Source: Patescibacteria group bacterium
Lineage (GTDB): Bacteria > Patescibacteriota > Minisyncoccia > Minisyncoccales > UBA10102
DNA length: 64,000 nucleotides
NCBI GenBank assembly: GCA_024239055.1
Contig: JANBVJ010000001.1
Location: 65,277 to 129,276 of the forward strand
Reading direction: 5' to 3'
The notes under the pieces were generated by a model. That model saw only the letters and a program-made list of their open reading frames with translations. It had not been told where the DNA came from and made no database searches. Position 1 is the stretch's first letter. Every line of letters begins with the position of its first letter. Shown here one piece after another: positions 46,108-53,874 of this stretch. Position numbers and translations under genes: made by a program.

Positions 46108-46548
46108 ATGCAGTTACACACAATAAAATCATCTCGTACAACAGCTTCCAGAAAGCGTATTGGAAGAGGAGGCAAGAGAGGTACATATTCTGGCCGCGGA
46201 ATGAAGGGACAGAAGTCCAGAGCCGGAGCGAAGTACGAACCTCTTATTAGGCAGATGGTAAAGCGGTATCCAAAGCTCAGAGGATATCGTGCTCAGACAA
46301 GATCTTATCTTCAGCAGATAGTTTCACTATCTTCTCTTGAGAAATATTTGGATGATAATGCTGTTATTACGCCAAAGCTTTTGCTTGAAAAGAATATTAT
46401 TAGTACAATGAAAGGCAGGATGCCCAAGGTAAAGATTTTGGGAACGGGTGAAGTAAAGAAAGCCTTTACTATTAAGGGGTGTGAAGTTTCAGAGTCGGCT
46501 AAGGCAAAGATAATTGCAGCGGGTGGCAGCGTTGAAGAAAACAAATGA
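46108..46548 (+). CDS. rplO: 50S ribosomal protein L15
   Basis: RKRIGRGGKRGTYSGRGMKGQKSRAG. The start is 2 nt after the rpsE stop, so no rpmD lies in between. Confidence 0.93.
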   Translation: MQLHTIKSSRTTASRKRIGRGGKRGTYSGRGMKGQKSRAGAKYEPLIRQMVKRYPKLRGYRAQTRSYLQQIVSLSSLEKYLDDNAVITPKLLLEKNIISTMKGRMPKVKILGTGEVKKAFTIKGCEVSESAKAKIIAAGGSVEENK

Positions 46549-47825
46549 ATTTAATTTTTAGATTTTTACAGATATTTAAGATTCCCGATTTGAGGAATAA
46601 ACTCATATTCGTATTTGGAATTTTTGTTATATTTCGTTTAATGGCAAACATTCCCATCCCAGTTATTGATGCGATTTCGCTACAGCAGTTTTTTGAAGGG
46701 AATCAGCTATTTGGACTCTTAAACCTATTTACCGGAGGCGCCCTAGATAACTTGTCTTTAGTCATGCTAGGACTTGGTCCTTATATTACAGCTGTTATTG
46801 TTATGCAGTTAATGACCATGATATTTCCTGCATTGGAGAGAATGTATAAAGAAGAAGGGGAGCAGGGACGCCAGAAGTTTAATCAGTATGGACGACTCTT
46901 AACTATTCCTTTTGCCTTACTTCAGGGGTATGCCTTTCTTACACTGTTAACGCGTCAGGGGGTAATTGAGCCTTTGTCACCCTTGGGATATATTATGGCT
47001 TTGGTAACTATAATGGCAGGTACCTTAATCTTAATGTGGATGGGAGAACTTATTACAGAAAAGGGGATTGGGAACGGGGTATCTCTCTTGATTTTTGCGG
47101 GTATTGTGGCTGACTTTCCAAACTCACTAAGACAGATGTTTGTTGTCTTTGACATGTCCCAGCTCATGGCTTACATATCCTTCTTTGTCATGGCTTTGGC
47201 TATTATTGCAGGGGTTGTCTTAATTACAGAAGCCAGAAGAAATATACCTATTTCATATGCAAAAAGAATCAGGGGGAACAAGATGTATGGGGGAGTATCA
47301 ACCTATCTGCCTCTGAGTGTGAATCCAGCTGGTGTTATTCCAATTATCTTTGCTTTATCTATTATGCTGTTTCCGGGAATGGTAGCCTCGTTCTTTGCTG
47401 ATGCAGGAGGAATAATCGGGGGTATTGCCCTTACCGTGCAAAGACTCTTTGAAAGCGCATGGACATACGGTATTTCCTACTTTATATTAGTAGGGCTGTT
47501 TACATATTTTTACACAGCAGTTACCTTTGATCCTAAAGCCATTGCGACAAACTTACAGAAGATGGGAGGGTTTATTCCTGGGGTCAGGCCCGGAGAATCT
47601 ACCTCTGACTTTCTCTATTTTGTATTAAACAGATTGCTTTTGGTTGGAGCTGTATTCTTGGGGACTATTGCCGTACTTCCTTCTATTGTTCAGGGAATGA
47701 CGGGTGTTACGGGATTCTCTTTCCTTATTGGCGGAACTTCACTTTTGATTATGGTGTCTGTGGTTCTAGAAACCTTAAAGCAGATACGCTCTCAACTTCA
47801 GATGAGAGAATATGAAACCTTCTAA
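46545..47825 (+). CDS. secY: preprotein translocase subunit SecY
   Basis: 426 aa with 10 TM helices. Motifs LGLGPYITAVIVMQL and GELITEKGIGNGVSLLIFAGI. Confidence 0.95.
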   Translation: MNLIFRFLQIFKIPDLRNKLIFVFGIFVIFRLMANIPIPVIDAISLQQFFEGNQLFGLLNLFTGGALDNLSLVMLGLGPYITAVIVMQLMTMIFPALERMYKEEGEQGRQKFNQYGRLLTIPFALLQGYAFLTLLTRQGVIEPLSPLGYIMALVTIMAGTLILMWMGELITEKGIGNGVSLLIFAGIVADFPNSLRQMFVVFDMSQLMAYISFFVMALAIIAGVVLITEARRNIPISYAKRIRGNKMYGGVSTYLPLSVNPAGVIPIIFALSIMLFPGMVASFFADAGGIIGGIALTVQRLFESAWTYGISYFILVGLFTYFYTAVTFDPKAIATNLQKMGGFIPGVRPGESTSDFLYFVLNRLLLVGAVFLGTIAVLPSIVQGMTGVTGFSFLIGGTSLLIMVSVVLETLKQIRSQLQMREYETF

Positions 47826-47828
47826 GAC

Positions 47829-48398
47829 ATGAAAGATACTCTTGTCTTATCAGTATTGGGAAGACCAGGAAGCGGGAAGGGCACACAGGCTGAATATTTA
47901 AAGCGTGATTTCGGTTTTGCATCATTTAGTACTGGCGCCTTGCTCCGTAAACGAGCAAAAAATAGAGATTACACAGGCAGGAGAATAGGTTCATTTATAG
48001 AGAATGGAGATATTGTTCCTTCTCCGATTACCTTTTTTATGTGGATGCCAGAGCTTGAATCTTTCAAGCAGAAAAATGTTTCTCGAATTATTATAGATGG
48101 AACTCCAAGAAAGATTCTGGAAGCTTATATTCTTGATGATGTTGTTGAGTGGTATGACTGGAAGAACATGAAGGTGCTGAACATTAAAATCTCAGAAAAG
48201 GAGGCTATAAAACGTTTAGTAAAGCGTGGAAGATCTGATGACGAGTTATCAGACATTAAAAACAGACTGCAGTGGTTTAAAAAAGATGTAGAGCCGGTAT
48301 TACGATACTATAAAAAGAAAGGCATGCTCCTAGATATTAATGGTGAGCAGTCACGAGAATATGTCTACAAAGAGATCAAGGCAAAGCTTAAACTATGA
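47829..48398 (+). CDS. adk: adenylate kinase (short form, no Zn LID)
   Basis: LGRPGSGKGTQAEYLKRDFGF and DGTPRKILEA, at the operon position between secY and map. Confidence 0.85.
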   Translation: MKDTLVLSVLGRPGSGKGTQAEYLKRDFGFASFSTGALLRKRAKNRDYTGRRIGSFIENGDIVPSPITFFMWMPELESFKQKNVSRIIIDGTPRKILEAYILDDVVEWYDWKNMKVLNIKISEKEAIKRLVKRGRSDDELSDIKNRLQWFKKDVEPVLRYYKKKGMLLDINGEQSREYVYKEIKAKLKL

Positions 48399-49141
48399 TA
48401 ACTATTAAGACTGAAGAGGAGATTCAGGTAATGAGGGAAGGAGGAAAGATGTTAGCTCACATATTAGAAGACATTGCAAAAGATATAGCACCTGGAGTAA
48501 CAACAAAACAATTAGATACCAAGGCTGAAAAACTTATTAAAGAGGCGGGAGCTAAACCCGCCTTTAAAGGTTATGAAGGTTTTCCTGGGATTGTTTGTAC
48601 AGCGGTTAATGAAGAGATGGTGCATACTGTTCCATCAGACAAACCATTAGAGGAAGGAGATATTCTTAGCTTAGACATTGGCCTTATTTATAAGGGTATG
48701 TATTTGGATATGGCAAGAACTTATCCTGTAGGCGAGATAAGTTTGGAAGCCTCACATTTGATAAAAACAACAAAGAAATCACTCAGGATTGGCATTAAGA
48801 AAGCGAGACCTGGAAATACCGTAGGGGATATTGGAAACACTATACAGCGCTTTGTAGAGGGCCAGGGGTATGGTGTAGTAAGAATCCTGTGTGGACACGG
48901 TATTGGAAAGGAGCTTCATGAAGACCCAAAGATTGCCAACTTTGGAAAGCGTGGAGATGGAGAAGAACTGAAACAAGGCATGGTTATATGTATTGAACCT
49001 ATGGTTACAGCAGGGAAGTATGATTTAAAAAAAGCAGATGATGGGCATGGATATATTACAAAAGACGGCTCTTTATCCGCACATTTTGAGGATACAGTAG
49101 CTATTACACAAGACGGGGCTGAGGTGCTAACTAAGATATAG
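48395..49141 (+). CDS. map: methionine aminopeptidase type I
   Basis: IKTEEEIQVMREGGKML, HGIGKELHEDP and EPMV metal ligand motifs. Confidence 0.93.
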   Translation: MITIKTEEEIQVMREGGKMLAHILEDIAKDIAPGVTTKQLDTKAEKLIKEAGAKPAFKGYEGFPGIVCTAVNEEMVHTVPSDKPLEEGDILSLDIGLIYKGMYLDMARTYPVGEISLEASHLIKTTKKSLRIGIKKARPGNTVGDIGNTIQRFVEGQGYGVVRILCGHGIGKELHEDPKIANFGKRGDGEELKQGMVICIEPMVTAGKYDLKKADDGHGYITKDGSLSAHFEDTVAITQDGAEVLTKI

Positions 49142-49160
49142 AGTCTAGTGATATAGTAGA

Positions 49161-49200
49161 GGTACTCAAAGTCGCCAGAGAGGTGATTTTTTGATAGAGT
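49161..49200 (+). promoter_or_regulatory. copy of recurrent promoter-like motif (GGTACTCAAAGTCGCCA-N17-TAGAGT), leaderless geometry
   Basis: TCGCCA 49172-49177, T6 tract, TGaTAGAGT with TAGAGT 49195-49200, 6 nt before the ATG at 49207. Confidence 0.45.
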
Positions 49201-49206
49201 AAGTTA

Positions 49207-49566
49207 ATGAAACTCATATATTGTGCCACACCATCTCGTTTAAAAGATAAACAGGAAAAGATTAAAGACTTTGTTGAAGAGCGGGGAAATGCGCCTTTCC
49301 ATCCTTTTCAGGCATTTGAATATGAAAGATTTGAAGGAGGAGCACCTGGTAGAAAACAGACAATGGAATTTTGCTGTAGAGCCATAGATATCTCTGATGA
49401 ATTCTGGATGTTTGGAATATCAGAGGGTACTCTTACTGAATTGTCTTATGCATTAGAAAAAAACAAAGAGATTAAGCTATTCTTAGATAATTTTGATAAA
49501 GATTGGGAAAAAGAATATATGAAACTTAAAGATAGGTTTAATGATCCATTAAAGCATATCTTATAA
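49207..49566 (+). CDS. hypothetical protein
   Basis: 119-aa ORF. The weak Rossmann-like pattern (MKLIYCATP...DEFWMFG.SEG) is not assignable to a family. Confidence 0.4.
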   Translation: MKLIYCATPSRLKDKQEKIKDFVEERGNAPFHPFQAFEYERFEGGAPGRKQTMEFCCRAIDISDEFWMFGISEGTLTELSYALEKNKEIKLFLDNFDKDWEKEYMKLKDRFNDPLKHIL

Positions 49567-49593
49567 AATTAAAGACGCATATTATATGATCGT

Positions 49594-49632
49594 GGACTCA
49601 AAGTCGCCAAATGAGCTATTTTTTGTTAAACT
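49594..49632 (+). promoter_or_regulatory. copy of recurrent promoter-like motif (GGACTCAAAGTCGCCA-N17-TAAACT)
   Basis: TCGCCA 49604-49609, T6 tract, TGtTAAACT with TAAACT 49627-49632, 8 nt before the ATG at 49641. Confidence 0.45.
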
Positions 49633-49640
49633 TAAAGCAT

Positions 49641-50270
49641 ATGAAACTATATTTAGTCAGACACGGAGAAAGTATCTCTAATGTAAAAGGTAGTATTGTT
49701 CAGCCATTAGGGAGTGAGTTATCAGAAAAAGGAAAAGAACAGGCAGAGATTCTTGCTAAGAGATTTAAAGATATTCCAGTAGATATTATTCTTTCCAGTC
49801 CACTGATAAGGGCTAAGCAGACTGCTGAAATTATTCAAGGAGTAATAGGGAAAGAGGTTGTTTATACAGACCTTCTTTCAGAGCGCAGGAATCCATCAGG
49901 ATTTATTGGTAAGGATACAGAGGATCCTGAATTTAAGAAGATAAATAAGCTGTTGAGAGATTCTACAGATCCTTCCTTCCATCATTCAGATGAAGAGAAT
50001 CTTTTTGATGTAAAAGAAAGAGCAGAGCGCTTACTTGAGTTTGTATCTAGTCGGAAAGAAGAACATATTCTTTGCGTTACTCATGGAGTATTCTTAAAAA
50101 TTGTGATTGGCTCTATGGAATTTGGAGAGCATCTTACATCAAAGACTATTTGTGCTCTGCAGGATTTCTTAAGAACGAATAATACTGGTATTACAGTTTG
50201 CGGGAAAGATGATAAAAGGGGATGGTCTATGTATACCTGGAATGACCATGCACACCTAGGAGAGCTTTAG
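49641..50270 (+). CDS. histidine phosphatase family (phosphoglycerate-mutase-like) protein
   Basis: MKLYLVRHGES catalytic RHG motif at the N-terminus, with a second His in VTHGVFL. The ORF-track start at 49611 lies in the promoter-like spacer. Confidence 0.75.
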   Translation: MKLYLVRHGESISNVKGSIVQPLGSELSEKGKEQAEILAKRFKDIPVDIILSSPLIRAKQTAEIIQGVIGKEVVYTDLLSERRNPSGFIGKDTEDPEFKKINKLLRDSTDPSFHHSDEENLFDVKERAERLLEFVSSRKEEHILCVTHGVFLKIVIGSMEFGEHLTSKTICALQDFLRTNNTGITVCGKDDKRGWSMYTWNDHAHLGEL

Positions 50271-50289
50271 TTTAATAATATATTAAGCT

Positions 50290-50328
50290 GAGTTTAGAGT
50301 TGCCAATCAAGCGATTTTTTGATAGATT
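50290..50328 (+). promoter_or_regulatory. copy of recurrent promoter-like motif (GAGTTTAGAGTTGCCA-N17-TAGATT)
   Basis: TTGCCA 50300-50305, T6 tract, TGaTAGATT with TAGATT 50323-50328. A GAGGAG SD precedes the ATG at 50347. Confidence 0.45.
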
Positions 50329-50346
50329 AATAATGAGGAGTGATAA

Positions 50347-50697
50347 ATGCATATCGTCATTGTTCTTTTTGGAGCTATTTTCATTGGGTTCATAGAAGCG
50401 AGTTGGGGTGCCCGTAAAGATACACGATTAGGAGAGTCATTCTCTATTCGTAAGTTTTTTAAAAGCCCAATTCTTTTCTTTCTTATATCTGCAATATTGT
50501 TGGTATTTGCTTATGATGCACATCCAATCTTTATTATTTTTGCTTCTCCGGCAATAGCAAGAATTCTTGTGGAGTTTCTTAAACTTATTTCAGGAAAGCC
50601 GCCAGGTAAGTTTATTAATCCACAACGTGACACAAGATGGTTGCGGATATGGATTTCAGAATTGGTAGCCCAATTAAAATCTCAACGAGTGAGGTAA
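50347..50697 (+). CDS. small membrane protein, unknown function
   Basis: 116 aa with three hydrophobic spans and a GAGGAG SD. Confidence 0.45.
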   Translation: MHIVIVLFGAIFIGFIEASWGARKDTRLGESFSIRKFFKSPILFFLISAILLVFAYDAHPIFIIFASPAIARILVEFLKLISGKPPGKFINPQRDTRWLRIWISELVAQLKSQRVR

Positions 50698-50727
50698 GGT
50701 GTCGTTACTAAAATACGGCATCTTTTT
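50698..50727 (+). terminator. intrinsic terminator
   Basis: GGTGTCGT (50698-50705) pairs with ACGGCATC (50715-50722) including G-U pairs, followed by TTTTT. Confidence 0.55.
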
Positions 50728-50739
50728 ATAAATGAAGCT

Positions 50740-50772
50740 GGACTCAAAGTCGTCAAGTAGCTAATTTTATTG
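50740..50772 (+). promoter_or_regulatory. degenerate copy of recurrent motif (GGACTCAAAGTCGTCA...)
   Basis: The 5' half is shared with the copies at 49161 and 49594. The -10 part is not conserved, and the adjacent TTGACT-N17-TATCTT takes over. Confidence 0.35.
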
Positions 50773-50798
50773 ACTTTTTTCGTTTTTTTATGTATCTT
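50770..50798 (+). promoter_or_regulatory. promoter TTGACT-N17-TATCTT
   Basis: TTGACT 50770-50775 and TATCTT 50793-50798, upstream of the 50841 ORF, which has a GGTGGGG SD. Confidence 0.45.
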
Positions 50799-50840
50799 AA
50801 CAATAGAATCTATGGACAGTATTGACTGGGTGGGGAAAAA

Positions 50841-51047
50841 ATGAAAGATGAAAAAGACGAAGCCACGGTGACATTTGTCGAAGAAATACTTGAAGATGGC
50901 AGACAGAGTGATCAACAGGTACGGGCAATGTTTTACGATGTTACAAAGGGTATGAACCAGGCGACGCAGAAGGCAGCTATGGATTTACTCAGTAAGCATC
51001 GTCCTCTTGTGGCAAGACAAATCGAAAGAGAACTACAAAGCGTGTAG
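50841..51047 (+). CDS. small hypothetical protein (68 aa)
   Basis: ORF with an SD (GGTGGGGAAAAA-ATG) and an acidic, helical-looking sequence. Confidence 0.4.
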   Translation: MKDEKDEATVTFVEEILEDGRQSDQQVRAMFYDVTKGMNQATQKAAMDLLSKHRPLVARQIERELQSV

Positions 51048-51082
51048 TTCTTTTATTTTTTGATGGATAAATCATATATAGC

Positions 51083-51110
51083 TTGACAATCTCATCATCA
51101 ATGCTATAAT
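51083..51110 (+). promoter_or_regulatory. promoter TTGACA-N16-TGcTATAAT
   Basis: TTGACA 51083-51088 and TATAAT 51105-51110, with TG at -15/-14. Confidence 0.55.
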
Positions 51111-51170
51111 GTATATAGCAATTTAACGCATGACTTTTCTTAAGTCATTAGACGTCAAGGATTTAAAACA

Positions 51171-51497
51171 GTGATTTCTACAAAAGAATTGGTTAAAGCA
51201 GTAGAAGGAACAACTGCATCAATCATCACTTCTGAGTTTTCTGAGATAAGTATCTCAGACATCAAGGATCCAGATTGGGAGGTAGTAAAAGTTGAAACCC
51301 AGTCTGGAAATATCTATCATTTCCGAATGGTAGAGGATGATGGATTGTTCGAGGTAGAACATCCTACATCCAGAGAGTTCATTAAGGTGACTCTCATTGG
51401 ATCGATGAAGGTTGGTGAGCGCATCGAGACGAATCATTTCATGACAAGTCCCGTTAAGAGCATTTCTAAAATCTTTGTCAGGATGCTAGGCAGTTAA
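51171..51497 (+). CDS. hypothetical protein (GTG start)
   Basis: 108-aa ORF with no ATG alternative. It is preceded by a 14-codon uORF whose TGA overlaps the GTG. Confidence 0.35.
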   Translation: MISTKELVKAVEGTTASIITSEFSEISISDIKDPDWEVVKVETQSGNIYHFRMVEDDGLFEVEHPTSREFIKVTLIGSMKVGERIETNHFMTSPVKSISKIFVRMLGS

Positions 51498-51588
51498 TTT
51501 CTAGCACAAGTGGCGGCATTCCTCTTTTGGGGAAATTGCCGTCATAGATCTTAAGGAAGTGTCATAAGAGATTTCTTTAAGACAACAA

Positions 51589-51612
51589 ATCAGCCTAAAG
51601 GCTGGTTTTTTG
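51589..51612 (+). terminator. intrinsic terminator
   Basis: CAGCC (51591-51595), loop TAAA, GGCTG (51600-51604), then GTTTTTTG. Confidence 0.7.
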
Positions 51613-51673
51613 TTATATTTAAAGCAATAAAGAAAATACATGATGTATATTTATAGGATTTTGTCCTGCTTTT

Positions 51674-51682
51674 TGATATACT
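51674..51682 (+). promoter_or_regulatory. extended -10 promoter TGaTATACT, leaderless geometry
   Basis: TATACT 51677-51682, 6 nt before the ATG at 51689. Confidence 0.5.
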
Positions 51683-51688
51683 ATTGTA

Positions 51689-52405
51689 ATGATTAAGTTA
51701 TCTGTTGTTATCCCAGCTTACAACGAAGAGAAGCGACTGCCTAAAACACTGAAGGCGGTTGATTCATATTTAAAGAAGCAGAAGTACTCGTATGAGATTA
51801 TTGTGGTATCTGATGGTTCCAAAGACAAAACTGTTCAAGTGGTACAAGGCCTGTCTATTAAAAATCTAAGAGTTATAGATAATAAACAGAACCATGGAAA
51901 GGGATATGTAGTTCGTCAGGGGATGCTTAAGGCTAAAGGGGAGTATAGATTGTTTATGGATGCAGATAACGCCACGACCATAAACCATGTTGAGGGTATG
52001 TGGCCTGAGTTTGAGAAGGGGAATGAGATTGTAATCTGCTCAAGAGATATAAAGGGTTCCGTGATTGCAGTACCCCAACCCCTATGGCGCAGGAAATTAG
52101 GAGATGTATTTAACCTCATTGTGCAGGTTTTGTCTGGCCTATGGGGGATATGGGACACGCAGTGTGGCTTTAAGGGGTTTTCTAAAAAGGCAGTTCAAGA
52201 TATCTTTCCCAAAGCCGTTATTGATCGCTGGGCCTTTGATGTTGAATTGTTGGTCATCGCAAAAAAACAAGGGTACAATATAATTGAGATACCGGTGACC
52301 TGGATAAATGATGCAGAAAGCAAGGTAAGTTTTAAGGGTATGGTAAAAATGCTCCTTGAGGTAATAGATATTCGCTTTAATATGTTAAAGAAGATATATG
52401 GCTAA
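51689..52405 (+). CDS. family 2 glycosyltransferase (dolichyl/polyprenyl-phosphate glycosyltransferase-like)
   Basis: LSVVIPAYNEEKRLPKTL, VSDGSKDKT and FMDADN (DxD). Confidence 0.8.
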   Translation: MIKLSVVIPAYNEEKRLPKTLKAVDSYLKKQKYSYEIIVVSDGSKDKTVQVVQGLSIKNLRVIDNKQNHGKGYVVRQGMLKAKGEYRLFMDADNATTINHVEGMWPEFEKGNEIVICSRDIKGSVIAVPQPLWRRKLGDVFNLIVQVLSGLWGIWDTQCGFKGFSKKAVQDIFPKAVIDRWAFDVELLVIAKKQGYNIIEIPVTWINDAESKVSFKGMVKMLLEVIDIRFNMLKKIYG

Positions 52406-53420
52406 AAGATTTCCATCAGAACTGCGCTTTGACCTAGTTTCCAAGGACTGGGTTATTATTGCAACAGGAAGGGCAAGGAAACCAACAACCTTTCAGAAGA
52501 ATCATAAGCTTCACTTGGAATTAAAACAAAAGGAGTGTCCTTTTGATACGTTAAAGGAACAAGAAGAAACAACGAGTGCATTTTTAAACGGTGAGCGAAT
52601 TTCCATTCCACGCAATACTTATTTAAAGGATTGGACAACAGTATCTATATTAAACAAGTATCCTGCCTTTTCTCACGGTACATCCATTAAAACGAGACAC
52701 GTAGGACCATATGAAGTAATGGATGGAGTGGGGCACCATGAGGTTATTGTTACAAGGGACCATAAAAAAGATATCCCTGACTTTTCTATAGAGAAGGTAA
52801 GAGAGTTAATTGAGGTGTATCACCAGAGATTTTTGGAGTTGATGCAAGATAAGTTGGTTAACTATATTACAATTTTCAAAAATAAGGGAGCTACAGCTGG
52901 GGCTTCCGTTGCACACCCTCATTCGCAGATGCTTGCCATTCCCGTAACCGACCCTGATCTTCAGCGTAGTATGCGGGGTTCTTTGCAGTATCAACAAGAA
53001 CGTAATAGATGTGTTCACTGTGCGATGCTTAATTGGGATAGAGAGGAGAAGACGCGTATCATCTTTGAAAACAAAGGATTTGTTGCTGTCTGCCCATTTG
53101 CATCTAGAGTTGCCTTTGAGATACGCATTTATCCAACAAAGCACTCAGCTTACTTTGAGAAGATTGATGATAAACAAAAGGATTTATTTGCACAAGCTCT
53201 TCAGGTTACTTTAAAGAAACTTAAAAAGGCATTAAAAGACCCTGATTACAACTATTTTATACATACGTCCCCTGTGGATGGAGAAAATCATGACCATTAC
53301 CATTGGCATTTGGAGATATTGCCAAAGACCTCAACATGGGCAGGATTTGAGTTGGGGACTGGTATTGAGATATCTACTATTGAACCGGAAAAGGCAGCAG
53401 AGTTTCTGAGAAAGAATTAA
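52398..53420 (+). CDS. galT: galactose-1-phosphate uridylyltransferase family (HIT-like nucleotidyltransferase)
   Basis: ASVAHPHSQMLAIP is the HxHxQ active site. CPFD and CVHC Zn ligand-like motifs are present, and the protein is two-domain length. Confidence 0.75.
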   Translation: MAKRFPSELRFDLVSKDWVIIATGRARKPTTFQKNHKLHLELKQKECPFDTLKEQEETTSAFLNGERISIPRNTYLKDWTTVSILNKYPAFSHGTSIKTRHVGPYEVMDGVGHHEVIVTRDHKKDIPDFSIEKVRELIEVYHQRFLELMQDKLVNYITIFKNKGATAGASVAHPHSQMLAIPVTDPDLQRSMRGSLQYQQERNRCVHCAMLNWDREEKTRIIFENKGFVAVCPFASRVAFEIRIYPTKHSAYFEKIDDKQKDLFAQALQVTLKKLKKALKDPDYNYFIHTSPVDGENHDHYHWHLEILPKTSTWAGFELGTGIEISTIEPEKAAEFLRKN

Positions 53421-53421
53421 C

Positions 53422-53874
53422 ATGGCAGAACTCACAATATTCCTTATTGCAATGTCTCCTATTGTAGAGTTGAGAGGAGCTATTCCCGTAGCTTTGGGAA
53501 TATATAATCTTCCTGTGTGGTCAGCTTTCTTATTTGCGGTATTAGGCAACCTTGTTCCAATACTATTTATTCCGTTTTTTGGAAAGATAAGTTCGTTCCT
53601 ATCTTCTCGTTTTAAGATATGTGACCGTTTTTTCACTTGGTTGTTTGAGAGAACCAGACGGCGTCACGGTAAAGCTTTTGAGACATTCAAGTCATTGGCT
53701 TTGATTATTTTAGTTGCCATACCCCTGCCATTTACCGGAGCCTGGACCGGAAGTATAGCTGCCTTTGTTTTTGGCGTTCCATTTAAGAAAGCATTTCTTT
53801 TAATTACTGCGGGAGTTATAATAGCAGCAATAATAGTTACATTATTGAGTCTGGGAATCCTGAGTATTTTATGA
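53422..53874 (+). CDS. small membrane protein (COG2426 / putative small multidrug export family)
   Basis: SPIVELRGAIPVALG motif and four TM helices. Confidence 0.55.
   Translation: MAELTIFLIAMSPIVELRGAIPVALGIYNLPVWSAFLFAVLGNLVPILFIPFFGKISSFLSSRFKICDRFFTWLFERTRRRHGKAFETFKSLALIILVAIPLPFTGAWTGSIAAFVFGVPFKKAFLLITAGVIIAAIIVTLLSLGILSIL

Noticed and set aside
49611-49640. Upstream ATG (49611) as start of the histidine phosphatase gene
   Set aside because: It lies inside the promoter-like motif spacer. The family's catalytic RHG motif normally sits within the first ~10 residues, as it does with the ATG at 49641 (MKLYLVRHGES).
49161-50775. Reading the repeated intergenic motif as integron attC sites separating gene cassettes
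   Set aside because: No integrase or attI is in the window, a GTTRRRY core is present in only one copy (GTTAAAC at 49625-49631), and the copies lack the imperfect inverted-repeat structure of attC. The promoter geometry fits better.
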